This document shows, piece by piece, positions 62,144 through 64,000 of a stretch of 64,000 bases of DNA. Position 1 is the stretch's first letter. Each line of letters begins with the position of its first letter. Origin of the DNA: Squalus acanthias. Taxonomy: Eukaryota. The stretch is from NCBI GenBank assembly GCA_030390025.1, contig CM059432.1, positions 124,746,001 to 124,810,000 of the forward strand. The letters are read 5' to 3'. The position numbers were made by a program, and so were the translations under genes. Under the pieces are notes generated by a model, which was not told the DNA's origin, made no database searches, and worked only from the letters and a program-made list of their open reading frames with translations.

Positions 62144-64000
62144 ATGGTCTTTGAACCCTCAATTTAACTGTGCTCACTGCATTTTGAGTTGGGTTACTTA
62201 TCAGAATGTTCCCTTTTTTAATTTGTGCTTTTTTGATGTGTTCTCTGTTAATGTAAAGCTTTAAACCTTGAATCAAAATAGCCTCATTCTTTCCTGTGAG
62301 ATTCTGAACTATTCAAGACCAAAAAGTGCTCACACTTGAATCATTATCTATCCTCTCTGAGAAGACCTCTGTCAGGAGTTGGTCTGCATCAGAGTGGAAA
62401 GAGGAATAAGACCCCCATGCTCCTCCATTTAATGGTAAAGTACCTTTCTGATCAACCCTGGTTATATTTGCTTTGCTTTTTAAAAAAAAATACAAGTTTC
62501 CAGCTTGCATCAGAAAGGAGTTTTTTAATTGTCCTTTTAAAAGTATTACCAAATCCCAATTTTTTTTTTAAACAGCATACTTTGTGCAGCTATGGAATAA
62601 CACGTGTTCATAGGACCTCCTAAGAGATTTTGTTATTGGAAAATGAGAGAAAATATCAAAGTAACCACATCAAAGCATTTACTGGCAACTTGTTAAATGT
62701 TGCCCTCTAATGCATTTCTAATTTAAAAACCCAGCCTTCAAAATCCTGACTCCAGTTTCTGTCGGGTCTTAGCAGAGCTGTCGACACTTGTAGTTTACTA
62801 ATTTTACACTGTCTTAACACATGATTCACCAGGATAGGAGGAAGGGAAAATGACTGACGGATTGTGTTTCTCTCTTCTCTCTCACCACTAATGGTATTCA
62901 TTAAAATAGTGCAAAATTAACACATTCCAATGCTGAAACTGTTCTTTTCCGTATCATTAGCCCCAGCAAGTAGAGTACAGTGCCTAAGCTTACAATCTTT
63001 TTAGTAAAATGGTAATTATCATTGCACATTTGCAGGCTGTTGCATGTAACATCTGTTTAGATAGATTTTATTTAGATTTATTCCACAAGTGTGAAAGTGA
63101 TTTATTTGTAACTTGCAAGTAATTTGTATCAGGAATATATAATTGCTGACCTGGTTAATCATTTATTTTAATTTATGCACCCTATATTCTTTGTACATAA
63201 GTTATATTTTCAATGATTTTCTAAGTTAATAGTTTTGCACTTTCCATAAGATGAACAGTATAAAAGGTCTGAAATAAAATGTTGTTCTTGCATTGAACAG
63301 CTTCTCCTTCAACTCCTCTCACTTCTTCCTCCATTTCAGATTTCCATCATCCAAAGTATTTTGTTTTTGTTTGAGTATAAACGGTCTGTTTAAGATGGAG
63401 GTGATATCAGCTTCTAACATCTATTCAGGGGGCTAAACTGATTTGTATGGTCTTCCATAGGTACTGTCTTTAGCTATTAGCCCGGAATTTGCGGTGGGTA
63501 ATAACCGCGAACTAACCGCGTTCGCTGTTATTACCCCTTTGAAACGGACCGCAACTTCAGGATGTAGCGCATGCGCATCCTAACGCGGGAATCCTGAAGT
63601 TTCGGTCAGTCATTCACTGCTCTGGCACTGGCTGAGTTATAGGCCCCCCCTCCCAAACAGCAGCCGGCAATCTGTGAAATCAGGGAAACGGACGCAAACT
63701 TTGGCTCTTCCGTGGTACTGTTGCTGTTAAATACCCCATTTTTTTCTTCCGAGGCCCCCTGCCGTGTTATAAAAATTCCGCAGACCCCCAGTAACACAAC
63801 ACCAGTATTTTTTCTGTATAAAAATACTTATACAATTAAGCATATATATTTATTATTTTTGTTTTACTTAATGTGAAGCTTGTTGCTGGTGCTGAGCAAT
63901 AGTTCTGTCAAGACGTGGAGGTGTCTTTGACAAGCGCACACGTATGTTATGGTCAATGTTCATCTTGGCTCGGTACTTTGTTTTCATTGATGTCATTGCT

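Noticed and set aside
63390..63420. TAAG|ATGGAGGTGATATCAGC as a TMX3 exon
   Set aside because: In-frame stop after six codons

Overview
Eukaryotic, repeat-rich vertebrate DNA, most likely a cartilaginous fish (inferred from HER1/HE1-like and SacSINE1/DeuSINE-like repeats). The whole window lies inside one + strand gene, TMX3 (PDI-family thioredoxin-related transmembrane protein 3). Six consecutive coding exons (124, 46, 81, 100, 78 and 67 nt; WCGHC active site) splice in frame across introns of 2.2 to >20 kb. The introns hold CR1, L2, RTE and Penelope-like retroelement fragments, tRNA-derived SINEs and several MITEs. Three things stand out. (1) A full-length 4.18-kb PIF/Harbinger transposon with TIRs, a 3-bp TSD, and convergent transposase and spliced Myb/SANT genes, carrying identifiable inactivating lesions. 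(2) A single-ORF APE+RT LINE family whose two long copies both begin with a tRNA-derived Pol III head and are nearly free of sense-strand TTTT, suggesting a SINE-headed, possibly Pol III-transcribed LINE. (3) Minimal hammerhead ribozyme motifs in the Penelope-like elements. Repeat boundaries are by eye and approximate unless TIR/TSD or splice sites are quoted; no database search was run.
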